Assembly: GCA_963822005.1 (NCBI GenBank)
Contig: CAWGGD010000029.1
Location: 83,368 to 147,367, forward strand
Direction: 5' to 3'
Length of the DNA: 64,000 bases
Source of the DNA: an uncultured Verrucomicrobiae bacterium
GTDB taxonomy: Bacteria; Verrucomicrobiota; Verrucomicrobiia; Limisphaerales; UBA8199
This document shows, piece after piece, positions 39,303 to 47,924 of the stretch. The translations under genes and the position numbers were made by a program. Position 1 is the stretch's first letter, and each line of letters starts with the position of its first letter. The notes below the pieces were generated by a model. It was given only the letters and a program-made list of their open reading frames with translations. It ran no database searches and had not been told where the DNA came from.

Positions 39303-39841
39303 AATTGTAGCAAATTAGACAACAGTGCGTAATACCAAAACCACCAAATTACTTGCGAAAATTGCCAGCACCGGGGCGTTCAGCCTCCGTGCTGCCGGGG
39401 GCAACGGTCTCGCCCGGCGTCCATACCGCTGCTCCCCATTTGTGTCGGTGTTCAGACCTCGAAAGCCGGGCGCAACCGTAAACCGCCACCATAGCCGAAT
39501 TCCATCCTGGCGGCCGCCCGCCCATCTGACGTCGTCCGTGCCCGTCCCGGCACTCGGCCGGGTCAGGTGCGGGGGCCGATTGACTGAACGGGCTGCTCAG
39601 TATCTCCTGGGATTAAGGTGCTGGGCGACGAGTTTCTAGGGCGCCGAAAGCCTCAGAAGTCATTGAACCACAGCAACTTCTGTGCTGGGTTGAGGTTCTT
39701 TGCCAGTTTGCGGTGGAATAGGACCCAGCTCAGGCAGCAGATCGGTGCCGCCAGCCTTTCCTGCCGGAATTGACGCTGTGGGGGCTCAAGGCCTCAAGCG
39801 CCGATTCTCCACCCGAACCTTCTCGTCAGAGTGCCCAGGGC

Positions 39842-39975
39842 CCCAATAGTACCTCCGTAGTACCTCCGCACTCCGTGGTCCCTCGCTGGTCCCTCCCTGG
39901 TACCTCCGTAGAACTAACGGAGGTACCTCTTAGGGTACTACGGAGGATACGGAGGTACTGCGGAGGTACTATGGG
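39842..39975. repeat. ~130-bp imperfect palindrome built from GTACCTCCG / CGGAGGTAC units
   Basis: Forward units at 39849, 39860 and 39899, plus degenerate ggtccctcg/ggtccctcc at ~39877 and ~39888. Reverse units at 39918, 39950 and 39961, plus a degenerate one at 39941. Central perfect hairpin: 39899-39909 ggtacctccgt, loop agaacta, 39917-39927 acggaggtacc. The outer arms 39846-39870 and 39948-39972 are complementary at 23 of 25 positions. Confidence 0.9.
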
Positions 39976-40030
39976 AGCACCCTCGGGGAGCTATATTGGA
40001 ATTCGTGTAAGTGGCCAAAAGAGAGGATAG

Positions 40031-40084
40031 ATGACTATGGCCATTACCGATGAAGTGCTGAACGAACTACTTAAAGATTACCAG
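40031..40084 (+). pseudogene. detached 5' fragment (18 codons) of the IS256-family transposase gene
   Basis: MTMAITDEVLNELLKDYQ is the usual N-terminal lead-in to the KPEDLLG..GLLKQL block of IS256-type transposases. It stops exactly where the minus-strand body begins (..YQ|KPEDLLGQNGLLKQLQKRLLEKAMGAELTVHLGY). Confidence 0.6.
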
Positions 40085-40868
40085 GGATTTGTAAAGGAAT
40101 CTGTGTAAGTGGTTTTCGGTCTTGGTTCTTGTTGTTGTGGTTATGTCCCGCGCGTTGGCAACGAGATAGAACGAGCAGGGGGCGAGCGGCGAGCCCCTGC
40201 TCGCGCCCCCTGCGGTTAAAGGGTCTATAACTCTCTGGGTTCATGGGGCTCAATCCAGTGGCGGCATCCGCTCGCCAAATTCGAGAGCAAAGCGGTCGAG
40301 GGCCGCGCGCCAGTTGTGGATCGGCATCGTCCACCTTTTGGCAATCCGCTCCAGGGCCAGATAATAGAGCTTGAGCAGCGATTCCTGGTGGGGAAAGACG
40401 CCCCGGTTCTTGCTGATCTTACGCAGGGACCGATTCAATGACTCAATGGCGTTGGTGGTATAAATCACTTTGCGGATCTCCGCTGGGTATTTGAAAAACG
40501 TAATCAGCTCCGGCCAGTGCCTCCGCCAACTCTTGCTGATCGAAGGATATTTCCGATCCCACTTCTGCTCAAAGGCCCGCAACGCCTGCTCCGCCTCGGC
40601 TTCCGTGGCCGCACGATAAATCGGCTTCAAATCGGCCGCCACCGCTTGGCGTTCCTTCCAGCCCACATAGCTCAGCGAATGCCGCACCATATGCACCAGG
40701 CACAGCTGCACCTGGGTCGCCGGAAAGACCACCTCCATCGCTTCGGGAAAGCCCTTGAGCCCATCCACGCAGCCAATGAAGATGTCGCGTACCCCCCGAT
40801 TCTTCAGCTCGGTCAACACATGCAGCCAAAACTTAGACCTTATCCATAAATAGGGGTTCATGCTAAAG

Positions 40869-41289
40869 TCAGCACATACGCCAGCAAATCAGGGCTGCGG
40901 CGCATTGCAGCAATGCCAGAAAGTTGGCGGCGGTTTTTTCATAACGCACCAAGAGCTTGCGGAAGCGGTTGAACCACGAGTGGGTGCGTTCGACCACCCA
41001 GCGGCGGGCGCGCTGACCCTGTCGGCAGGCGCGAGCTTCCTCCCCGCGCTGCCGTACATGCGGTGTGTAACCCCGTGCTCGCATGGCTTGCGCGGCAGGA
41101 CGGCCTGCATAGCCCTTGTCCGCACACAAGTTTTGCCGCCGGCGGCGGCTAGCTCTGGGACGCACGACCACAATGCTATCCAGAGTGATCGCCAGCAGTT
41201 TGACATCATGCCGGTTGGCCCCGCTGACGATAAGGGACAGCGGGACGCCAGCACCGTCCACCAACAGGCTGCGCTTGCTGCCTTTTTTT
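40869..41289 (-). CDS. IS5-family transposase orfB (DDE domain), +1 frame relative to orfA
   Basis: From the A7 run (plus-strand T7 at 41283-41289) the +1 frame reads ...GKKGSKRSLLVDGAGVPLSLIVSGANRHDVKLL...NLCADKGYAG...RWVVERTHSWFNRFRKLLVRYEK..., which are classic IS5 DDE/C-terminal motifs. Confidence 0.7.
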
Positions 41290-41694
41290 CCCCCGATCGG
41301 TGGGGTTGTTACCCACCGCTTCCTGCGCCAGTGGCGCTTTGCCTTGAGTTCCATCAATACTTTGCCACTCCCAAGCAATCCCTTCCATTTCATCGTATTC
41401 GGCCAGCCCAGCCCGCCACAGGGCCAAGAAAAACCCCTCCCCGCGCCAGCGTTGAAAGTGTTTGTGGACGGCGCTGGCGCTGCCGAACGACTTGGGCAAG
41501 GCCTTCCACTGGCAGCCGGTGCGCAGCACATAAACAATGCCGGCAAAGATCTGCCGGTCTTCCATCGGTTTGCGCCCACCACCGGGGCGCCGCTGGTAAC
41601 GCTTGCGCGCCCGGCGGAGCGGCGCTTTGGGCACCAAAGGCTGGACGTGTTCCCAGAGGTCATCGGAAACCTCCCACGATTGAGTTTTGGCCAT
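41206..41694 (-). CDS. IS5-family transposase orfA (HTH/DUF4096-like)
   Basis: 162-aa ORF. MAKTQSWEVSDDLWEHVQPLVP...GGRKPMEDRQIFAGIVYVLRTGCQWKALPKSFGSASAVHKHFQRW... is typical of IS427-group orfA. It leaves the productive frame after an A7 run. Confidence 0.8.
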   Translation of the reverse strand: MAKTQSWEVSDDLWEHVQPLVPKAPLRRARKRYQRRPGGGRKPMEDRQIFAGIVYVLRTGCQWKALPKSFGSASAVHKHFQRWRGEGFFLALWRAGLAEYDEMEGIAWEWQSIDGTQGKAPLAQEAVGNNPTDRGKKRQQAQPVGGRCWRPAVPYRQRGQPA

Positions 41695-42505
41695 GTAGCC
41701 AGCATAAATACTGTTTCAAACCATGCAACACTATTTACGGATAAGCTCTTAGCCCCTTCTGTGCCGGCCACCCACATCCCCAGCACCTCCTTCTGCCCAC
41801 TCATCGTGATCCCCAGCGCCAGATACACCGCCACCTTGGCCACCGGCCCATGGTCCCGCACCTTGCCCCACAGCGCGTCAAAATAGACGATCGGATACAC
41901 CTCCTCCAACGGCCGATTCTGCCACACCTGCACTTCGACGCTCACCGCGTCGGTCACTTGCGACACCAAGGCCGGCGACACCTCCACCCCGTAGATCTCC
42001 AACAAGTGACCTTCAATCTCCCGGGTCGTCAGTCCCCGCGAGTAAAGACTGATGATCGCCTGGTCAAACCCTTCGAAACGGCGTTGCCCCTTGGCCACAA
42101 TCTGCGGCTCAAAGGTCCCGTTGCGATCCCGCGGCGTCGCCAACGCCAAATTGCCAAACTCGCCCTTCAGCGTCTTGGGACTGGTGCCGTTGCGTGAGTT
42201 ACCCGAGTTCCTCCCTGCCGGATCGTGCTTGCCGTATCCCAAATGCACCGTCAATTCCGCCCCCATGGCCTTCTCCAGCAGCCGCTTCTGCAGCTGCTTG
42301 AGCAGCCCATTCTGGCCCAACAGGTCTTCGGGCTTCTGGTAATGGGGCAGTGTGGGCATTTTTGGATGCAGCCGTTAAGGCTTGGAGAGCCGTGAGATAC
42401 TCCTTACGAGGTTGATCAGGGATACAAACCGCAAGCCTAACGGGGGCCCCTCCGGGTGGCGTCCGGGCCACAGGTATTCCCCCAAAAACAGCGAAGAACC
42501 TGAGG

Positions 42506-42898
42506 ATGAAGCCGACGGATATTGGGCGTCGCAGCATGAATGCCTTCACCTATCGCTGTAAGAATCTCCGTCGCACCCCGGCTCACGCCGATCCGGTGAA
42601 CGCCGCAGGTGCGCTCCTGCTCTTACTATGCCTGGGAGCAGGGTCACTGGAGGCGGCGGCTCCGGCGGAGGCGGCCGAGGGGCTCCAGGCGGCGCGCTTG
42701 CGGTGCGAATATGGTGACAATCCGCTGGGCATTGATCGTCCGCAGCCCCGTTTGTGCTGGCAGGTCGCAGGCGGCGAAGTGCTGGAGGGAGGAAGGCCAG
42801 CCGGGCAAAGCAGCGGAGTGCAGCCCCTTCGTCAGGAACGAGACCGCGCTGTCTTCGCGGTGGCGTCAGGGGAGTACGTATTCAAATCGCGCCCGTGA
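42506..42898 (+). pseudogene. GH78 rhamnosidase remnant (N-terminal ~85 aa fused to C-terminal ~40 aa; ~950 aa missing)
   Basis: A signal-like segment and then ...LRCEYGDNPLGIDRPQPRLCWQV match the start of the GH78 at 282. This is followed immediately by ...EGGRPAGQSSGVQPLRQERDRAVFAVASGEYVFKS, which aligns with the last residues of that GH78 (EGGKPASQAHGVQFVRMEGARAVFRVGSGRYHFTGK). Confidence 0.6.
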
Positions 42899-42953
42899 TT
42901 GGCGCCCGGGCCGCCACTGGAATCCCTGCCGCACCACGCCGCGGCTACGGCAG

Positions 42954-43640
42954 TCATTTCGGTGACGGGGACGCCTGGGTGGCAACCTGCGCCTGTCTGG
43001 CTTCCCATTCCCTTGTGGCCTTGGCCACGTCAAACCCTTTCGTGCTGAGGCGGGCGTTGATCTGGTTCTTGTGCTTCTGAAAGATGGCGGTTTTCTCGTC
43101 GGCACTGCCGCCGTCCATAGCCTCCTCGCGTGCTTCCTTGAGCGCCGCCAGAATCATCGCTTTGTCGCTGCTCGTGAGGTTGGGCAGGATCTCGCAGTAG
43201 GCTTTGTAGGTCACCTCAACCTTGTGGTAGGTCAGCTTGTCTTTGACCGTCTCCACCTGTTGAGGCGTCAACTCCGCCGAGAGCCTGGCGAGAAACTGAT
43301 CGTGAAGCGTCCCGGAGACGATCGGCAGGATGGCGGCACGGTTGGTCGCGGCGTCCGGGGCGTCCTTGTCCAGCGCCTTGAACATTTGATCCATAGCCTC
43401 GTCCCGCGCCCGCAACGCACGATACTGGGCCACGATGACGCCGTGCAGTTTGTTCGACTTGGCCGCGTCATTTAACGCGAGCAGCTCGACGATGGCCGCG
43501 CTTCGCCTCGTGATGGCTTCCGTGTAAACTGCTTCCTTCTCTTCGGGCGTGAATGGAAGGGTGCTTTGGGCGGCCGCGAACTCGCCGCAGAGTGCGGCTG
43601 CCGCCAGTGTGACTGTAAGGCGCAAAGTTTGACTGGTCAT
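42954..43640 (-). CDS. DUF3826-like secreted helical protein (paralogue of 14581-15267)
   Basis: 228-aa ORF with a signal peptide. ...RSAAIVELLALNDAAKSNKLHGVIVAQYRALRARDEAMD... and ...TYHKVEVTYKAYCEILPNLTSSDK... are collinear with the first copy. Confidence 0.65.
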   Translation of the reverse strand: MTSQTLRLTVTLAAAALCGEFAAAQSTLPFTPEEKEAVYTEAITRRSAAIVELLALNDAAKSNKLHGVIVAQYRALRARDEAMDQMFKALDKDAPDAATNRAAILPIVSGTLHDQFLARLSAELTPQQVETVKDKLTYHKVEVTYKAYCEILPNLTSSDKAMILAALKEAREEAMDGGSADEKTAIFQKHKNQINARLSTKGFDVAKATREWEARQAQVATQASPSPK

Positions 43641-43693
43641 AGCGACATCACTGTATCAGCACACCTCGCGTCGTCCAATAAAAAGATGCCGCA

Positions 43694-43999
43694 GTGCAGT
43701 GCAATCCCCAACCGGTCGGTGATTTGACCCGGGCCCGGGCGAGCTACAAGTCGGTTCGTGGAAAGACTGTCAGCGACTGGAAGCTCGACAGCGGGAAGTT
43801 CACATCGAAAGTCACCATCCCGGCGAACACGACGGCCACCGTATTTGTTCCCGCGAAGGCGGCGGGCGCCGTGACCGAAAACGGCAAACCTGCGAAACGG
43901 AGCCAAGGAGTGAAGTTCCTCCGGCTGGAGGATGGCAGGGCCGTGTACGCCGTGGGTTCGTCCGGTGATTACGAGTTTGGTTCAACCTTGCTTCCCTGA
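43694..43999 (+). pseudogene. GH78 rhamnosidase C-terminal remnant (~95 aa)
   Basis: ...PVGDLTRARASYKSVRGKTVSDWKLDSGKFTSKVTIPANTTATVFVPAKAAGAVTENGKPA..GVKFLRLEDGRAVYAVGSSGDYEF aligns with HPVGDLTFVKATHRSPYGLIASHWRKTGGEFDWQITVPANTTATVYVPAN... at the end of the 282-3557 protein. No upstream GH78 body is present. Confidence 0.6.
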
Positions 44000-44022
44000 A
44001 CCGCCTTGCTAGTATTGGAGAC

Positions 44023-47000
44023 ATGCCTGGACCATCGTTCCGACCTGTGGCTTTCCGCCGAACCACCATTTTCGCCGCTGCTGTATTCGCTCTCGTGGCT
44101 TGGCTGCCAAACCCGGCACAGGCTGCGCTGCTGGCTTACGAAGGTTTCAATTACACTGCTGGTGACAGCCTTACCAACGCCTCGGCCCAGGGCAGCGGCG
44201 GCAGCTTCGGCTGGGGCGGGCGATGGTACGGATCGCCTGGTTCATTCGCCACCAACGCCGCGGCCAGTCTGGTTTACGTGGATTCCCTCGGGAACACCCT
44301 GGTGACCAACGGCGGCAGCGTGATCATCGGGTCTCTCGCCGGCATGACGGCCAACGCGCAGCCGAGCCGGAGTTTCAATATCGGCACGTTGAGCGGCAAT
44401 GTCTATTCCGGTTTAACAGGTCCCAGCACGAATTGGGTCAGTTTCGTCATGCAGTGGATCGGGCCGGTCACGGCCGGCAGCACCACAAACCAGTACGTCC
44501 GCAAAGGCGACCTTGTCTTTCGCGCCGGAATTGCAACCAACGCTCTCAGCGGGGGCACTGCCCTGTACAGCGTCGGCAGCCCGAATGCCGGCAATAGAAT
44601 CGGCACCCCGGTTGACACCTGGGCCACCTGGACCGGCAATGAGCAAGGCTCCGGCACGCAGAACACGGGTTTGGCGGCGAGCAGCAACGCGTTGAACGCG
44701 CTCACATTCGTCCTGATGCGCATGGAACTGAACGGCACCAGTGCCAATGACACGATTTATACGTGGTTCAACTGGACCAACCTGGCCAGTGAACCGGGCA
44801 TCTCCACCGCCACTCTCACCAATAATTCCGCCAATCAAGACGGGCTGAACAACTTGCGTCTCGACGCCAACGGCGGCAACGCCGCCGGCACCAACACGGT
44901 GCTGGCCTTCGACGAATTTCGCTTTGGCAACTCCTTCGCGGATGTGACGCCGTATTCGACGGGTCCGGTGCAGCCTCCGACCATCACGGCTCAACCCGTG
45001 GACGCGTCCGTCACGGTCAGCTATCCCGCCACGTTTTCGGTGACTGCGATGGGTAAAGAGCCGATCTATTATCAATGGTATTTCAACACGAACACGCCGC
45101 TGACCGACCAGACCAACGCGAGCATGACGATTGCCAGCGTGGACCAGACCAACGCCGGCGGCTACTCATGTGTCGTGTCCAACGGCGGGGGATCGGTTAC
45201 CAGCCGGGTCGCGACGCTGACCGTTCCGGACCCCGTTCTGCCTGACATTACAGCTCAACCAGCGGATTGGGCCAACGCGGTGGGATTTCCCGCCACGTTC
45301 TCCGTGACCGCCACCGGTTCGGCGCCGCTGAGTTACCAATGGTATTTCAACACGAACACTCTGTTGAGCGGCCGGACCAACGCCACGCTTTCGTTCATCA
45401 TTGCTTCCACGAATGATGCGGGAGGTTATTCGGTTGTCGTGACCAACAGGTTCGGTTCGGTCACCAGCCAGGTGGCCAACCTGACTGTCAGCGCTTTTGG
45501 GCTGGCACAGTTGCCAGCGTTCCCCGGCGCTGAGGGAGCCGCCAAACTGGTCACCGGCGGCCGTGGAGGCACGGTTTATCACGTCACCAAACTCGACAAG
45601 AATTTGAACGATGTCACACCCGGCACGCTGCGTTACGGCTTACAGAATATCTCCGGCCCGCGCACCATCGTTTTTGACGTCGCGGGTGTTTTCTGGATGG
45701 GCAGATACGGTGCGGAGAGCAACTACGATAACGGCTGGAATGCGGGCCAGTCGAGGATCAACTGGTCCGGCAATACGACGATTGCCGGCCAGACCGCGCC
45801 CGGTCCGGTCATCATCATGGGCGGTGTGACCAAGATGGGCAGCGCCAACACCATCCTCCGCAATGTGATGATCGCTTCCGGCTACGGCATGCAAGGCTTC
45901 CATGAACCGCCGACGACGCCGACGCCTGGAGATTTTCCGGATTCGTATGTCTATGACGGCATTGATATCAGCGGTCATGATCTGATGATTGATCATGTCA
46001 CAACGCTTTACACCACCGACGAGGCGATTTCCTGCAATGAACTGGCGTACAATCTGACGATTCAGAACTGCAACATTTCCCAGGCTCAGAACTATCCGCA
46101 GGCGGACGCGGAGATTCCCGGCACTTGGGCCGGACACGCCCTGGCCCATCTCTTGTGTGCCGGTCCCGGGGCCAGAATCAGCGTGCTCAACAATTTCTAC
46201 GCGCACATGACCGGCCGGTTGCCGCAGGTGGGTGATAATGTGGGGGGAGTGGGCGCGCTCAACGATTTCCGCAATTGCGTTTATTACAATTGGGACAGCG
46301 GCGGCAGCAGCGGCTCCGGGCCAAGCTACGACAATTTCATCAACAACTTTCATCTGGCAGGCCCCGGTGGCTACGGCCCGCAGAGCCGGACCAGCAGCAA
46401 TATTGTATACAAGGCCGGTGGCACCGGCATTTTCAGTGGTGGTTCCGGATGCCGAGCTTACGTGTCCGGCAATGTCAAGGATATCAACAAGGATGGCGAT
46501 TACCTCGACACCATTTCGGCTGATGCCGATTACAGCAACCTCACTCGGCTGACCAGTGCGTTGGATGTGAATATCGGTTTAACCTTAAGCGCCCGGGAGG
46601 CGTTTACCAACGTGCTGCGCCACGCGGGCAACAACTGGTGGGCGCGCGATTATGATTTCCGCATCAATAATGCTGAGGTGATCACGACGAATGATCCGGC
46701 CAACATCGCCAATTACATCAACGAACGGCTGATCCACGAAGCCGTCACCGGCTCCGGCAACTGGATTGCGTGGGCCGACGACCCGTTTAACGACGACCCG
46801 AATGAAGGCACAGAATGGCGCGCCCTGCTGGCCTTGCGGGCCGATCCTTACACCAGCGCGGCAGCGTTGACCCGCCCGGCTGGCTGGGACACGGACGGGG
46901 ACGGCATGCCCGACTGGTGGGAAATCGAACACGGACTTGATCCGAGTGTTGCCAACAACAATGGCGACTTCGACAACGACGGTTACACGGATCTCGAGGA

Positions 47001-47700
47001 GTACTTGAACGAACTTGCCGCGTGGCCGGCGCCAAGCGCCGTTCTCTACACCGGCGACAAGAACAATCGTTACGCCGAGCTGTTCAACTGGCGCGTTTAC
47101 GGTCAGCAGGTCAACATCACGAACCTGGGCAACGTCACCACGTTCTCATTCTGGCAGCCGAGCCGGTACGACACCGCCGTCATCAGCAATGCCGCCGTCG
47201 TTGTGGATGCGGTCGGCCAGCACGCGGGCACCCTCCGTCTGGCCAACAACGCCACGCTCAACATCACCAATGGCTGGCTCGAGGCCAGCACTCTCGAGAT
47301 CGGCGCCGGTTGCACCCTGGCCGTGCAGCCCGCGGGCACCCTGCGGTTGACCGGCTCGGGTTCGGTGACATTGGATGCCGGGGGAACCTTCACGAACGCC
47401 GGCGTGCTGGACATCATGACCTGGAGCGGCACGTTGCCGGCGGGATTTGTGAACACGGGCACCGTGCTGGACCGCAGCTTGGTCCGGGTGGATTCGGCCG
47501 GGGTGAGTGGATCCGATTTCGAGGTAACGATTCAAGGTTACACGGGCCACGGCTACCAACTGCAATATCGGGATGATCTGCCGGGTGAGACGTGGCAGAA
47601 CGTCGGCACGTCTGTTGCGGGAGCCAATGCGCTGATCTCGTTCACCGACACAAACGGCGCCTCGGCCCAGCGGCGGTTCTACCGGGTGGCGGTGGATTGA
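44023..47700 (+). CDS. multidomain pectate lyase: LamG-like N-domain, two Ig-like domains, PL1 core, EF-hand pair, beta-helix segment, C-terminal FYRV module
   Basis: 1225-aa ORF with a signal peptide. The N-domain opens ALLAYEGFNY. Tandem Ig-like repeats follow (ITAQP...YQWYFNTNT...GGYS.VV.N..GSVTS..A.LTV). PL1 core FPGAEGAAKLVTGGRGGTVYHVTKLD...IAGQTAPGP. EF-hand pair DTDGDGMPDWWE...DFDNDGYTDLEEYLN. It ends in RRFYRVAVD. Confidence 0.8.
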   Translation: MPGPSFRPVAFRRTTIFAAAVFALVAWLPNPAQAALLAYEGFNYTAGDSLTNASAQGSGGSFGWGGRWYGSPGSFATNAAASLVYVDSLGNTLVTNGGSVIIGSLAGMTANAQPSRSFNIGTLSGNVYSGLTGPSTNWVSFVMQWIGPVTAGSTTNQYVRKGDLVFRAGIATNALSGGTALYSVGSPNAGNRIGTPVDTWATWTGNEQGSGTQNTGLAASSNALNALTFVLMRMELNGTSANDTIYTWFNWTNLASEPGISTATLTNNSANQDGLNNLRLDANGGNAAGTNTVLAFDEFRFGNSFADVTPYSTGPVQPPTITAQPVDASVTVSYPATFSVTAMGKEPIYYQWYFNTNTPLTDQTNASMTIASVDQTNAGGYSCVVSNGGGSVTSRVATLTVPDPVLPDITAQPADWANAVGFPATFSVTATGSAPLSYQWYFNTNTLLSGRTNATLSFIIASTNDAGGYSVVVTNRFGSVTSQVANLTVSAFGLAQLPAFPGAEGAAKLVTGGRGGTVYHVTKLDKNLNDVTPGTLRYGLQNISGPRTIVFDVAGVFWMGRYGAESNYDNGWNAGQSRINWSGNTTIAGQTAPGPVIIMGGVTKMGSANTILRNVMIASGYGMQGFHEPPTTPTPGDFPDSYVYDGIDISGHDLMIDHVTTLYTTDEAISCNELAYNLTIQNCNISQAQNYPQADAEIPGTWAGHALAHLLCAGPGARISVLNNFYAHMTGRLPQVGDNVGGVGALNDFRNCVYYNWDSGGSSGSGPSYDNFINNFHLAGPGGYGPQSRTSSNIVYKAGGTGIFSGGSGCRAYVSGNVKDINKDGDYLDTISADADYSNLTRLTSALDVNIGLTLSAREAFTNVLRHAGNNWWARDYDFRINNAEVITTNDPANIANYINERLIHEAVTGSGNWIAWADDPFNDDPNEGTEWRALLALRADPYTSAAALTRPAGWDTDGDGMPDWWEIEHGLDPSVANNNGDFDNDGYTDLEEYLNELAAWPAPSAVLYTGDKNNRYAELFNWRVYGQQVNITNLGNVTTFSFWQPSRYDTAVISNAAVVVDAVGQHAGTLRLANNATLNITNGWLEASTLEIGAGCTLAVQPAGTLRLTGSGSVTLDAGGTFTNAGVLDIMTWSGTLPAGFVNTGTVLDRSLVRVDSAGVSGSDFEVTIQGYTGHGYQLQYRDDLPGETWQNVGTSVAGANALISFTDTNGASAQRRFYRVAVD

Positions 47701-47924
47701 GCGGCCAAGGCACTGAAATTATGGTTGTGCCTGTCATCGAGTCCGCCATGGCACAACGGCCGTGACCTTGGTTAAAAGCATCTTAAGATGAAGTATCCGT
47801 GTGCGAAGATCGCGCGTGTTCGCAGGCACTTTCCGCTCTATTCAATCGGTAACGAATAGTCCAACGATTAACCACACTCAAATCCAGGCAACCACTTCGG
47901 GTTCATAGGAAACGTCTAATCGCC

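Larger units (their letters stand above)
40837..41747 (-). mobile_element. IS5-family (IS427/IS1031-like) insertion sequence, 911 bp, nested in the IS256 transposase gene
   Basis: Terminal inverted repeats ACCTTATCCATAAATAGGGGTT (40837-) and AGCTTATCCGTAAATAGTGTT (reverse complement of the sequence ending at 41747) match at 17 of 21 positions. Flanking direct repeat CTTAG at 40832-40836 and 41748-41752; the true target duplication may be the inner TAA/TTA. Removing the element restores ...TEGAKFWLHV.... Confidence 0.85.
40250..42335 (-). pseudogene. IS256-family (mutator-type) transposase body, split by the IS5-family insertion
   Basis: N-part ...KPEDLLGQNGLLKQL...RDRNGTFEPQIV...VYFDALWGKVRDHG...GMWVAGTEGAK| and C-part |FWLHVLTELKNRGVRDIFIGCVDGLKGFPEAMEVVFPATQVQLCLVHMVRHS...YTTNAIESLNRSLRK.... 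The frames match once 916 bp are removed. The apparent start MPTLPH comes from flanking DNA. Confidence 0.8.
39987..42343. mobile_element. IS256-family insertion sequence, internally inverted and interrupted by a nested IS5-family element
   Basis: 28-bp imperfect end repeats GGAGCTATATTGGAATTCGTGTAAGTGG (39987-40014) and GGATTTGTAAAGGAATCTGTGTAAGTGG (40085-40112) lie in direct rather than inverted orientation. The transposase 5' end (40031-40084, plus strand) is detached from its body (42335-40250, minus strand). The octamer ATTACCAG (40077-40084) and its complement CTGGTAAT (42336-42343) sit at the two junctions. Undoing the inversion and removing 916 bp and one octamer gives a 1433-bp element encoding a 407-aa transposase. 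Confidence 0.7.

Noticed and set aside
39770-40030. 86-aa ORF across the non-coding region
   Set aside because: It is read straight through the GTACCTCCG palindromic array and the IS256 left end. The peptide simply mirrors the repeat (VVPPHSVVPRWSLPGTSVELTEVP).
41283-41289. Classical -1 programmed ribosomal frameshift at the A7 run of the IS5 element
   Set aside because: orfB lies in the +1 frame (codon starts one base downstream of orfA), so a -1 slip would not join the two frames. See the nested-IS finding for alternatives.
40869-42359. 496-aa ORF that looks like one large transposase
   Set aside because: It is a chimera. The IS256 transposase N-part runs by chance, without a stop, into untranslated IS5 sequence and then into the IS5 orfB frame. 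The motifs change family at ~41750, and the first 6 codons (MPTLPH) derive from flanking DNA.
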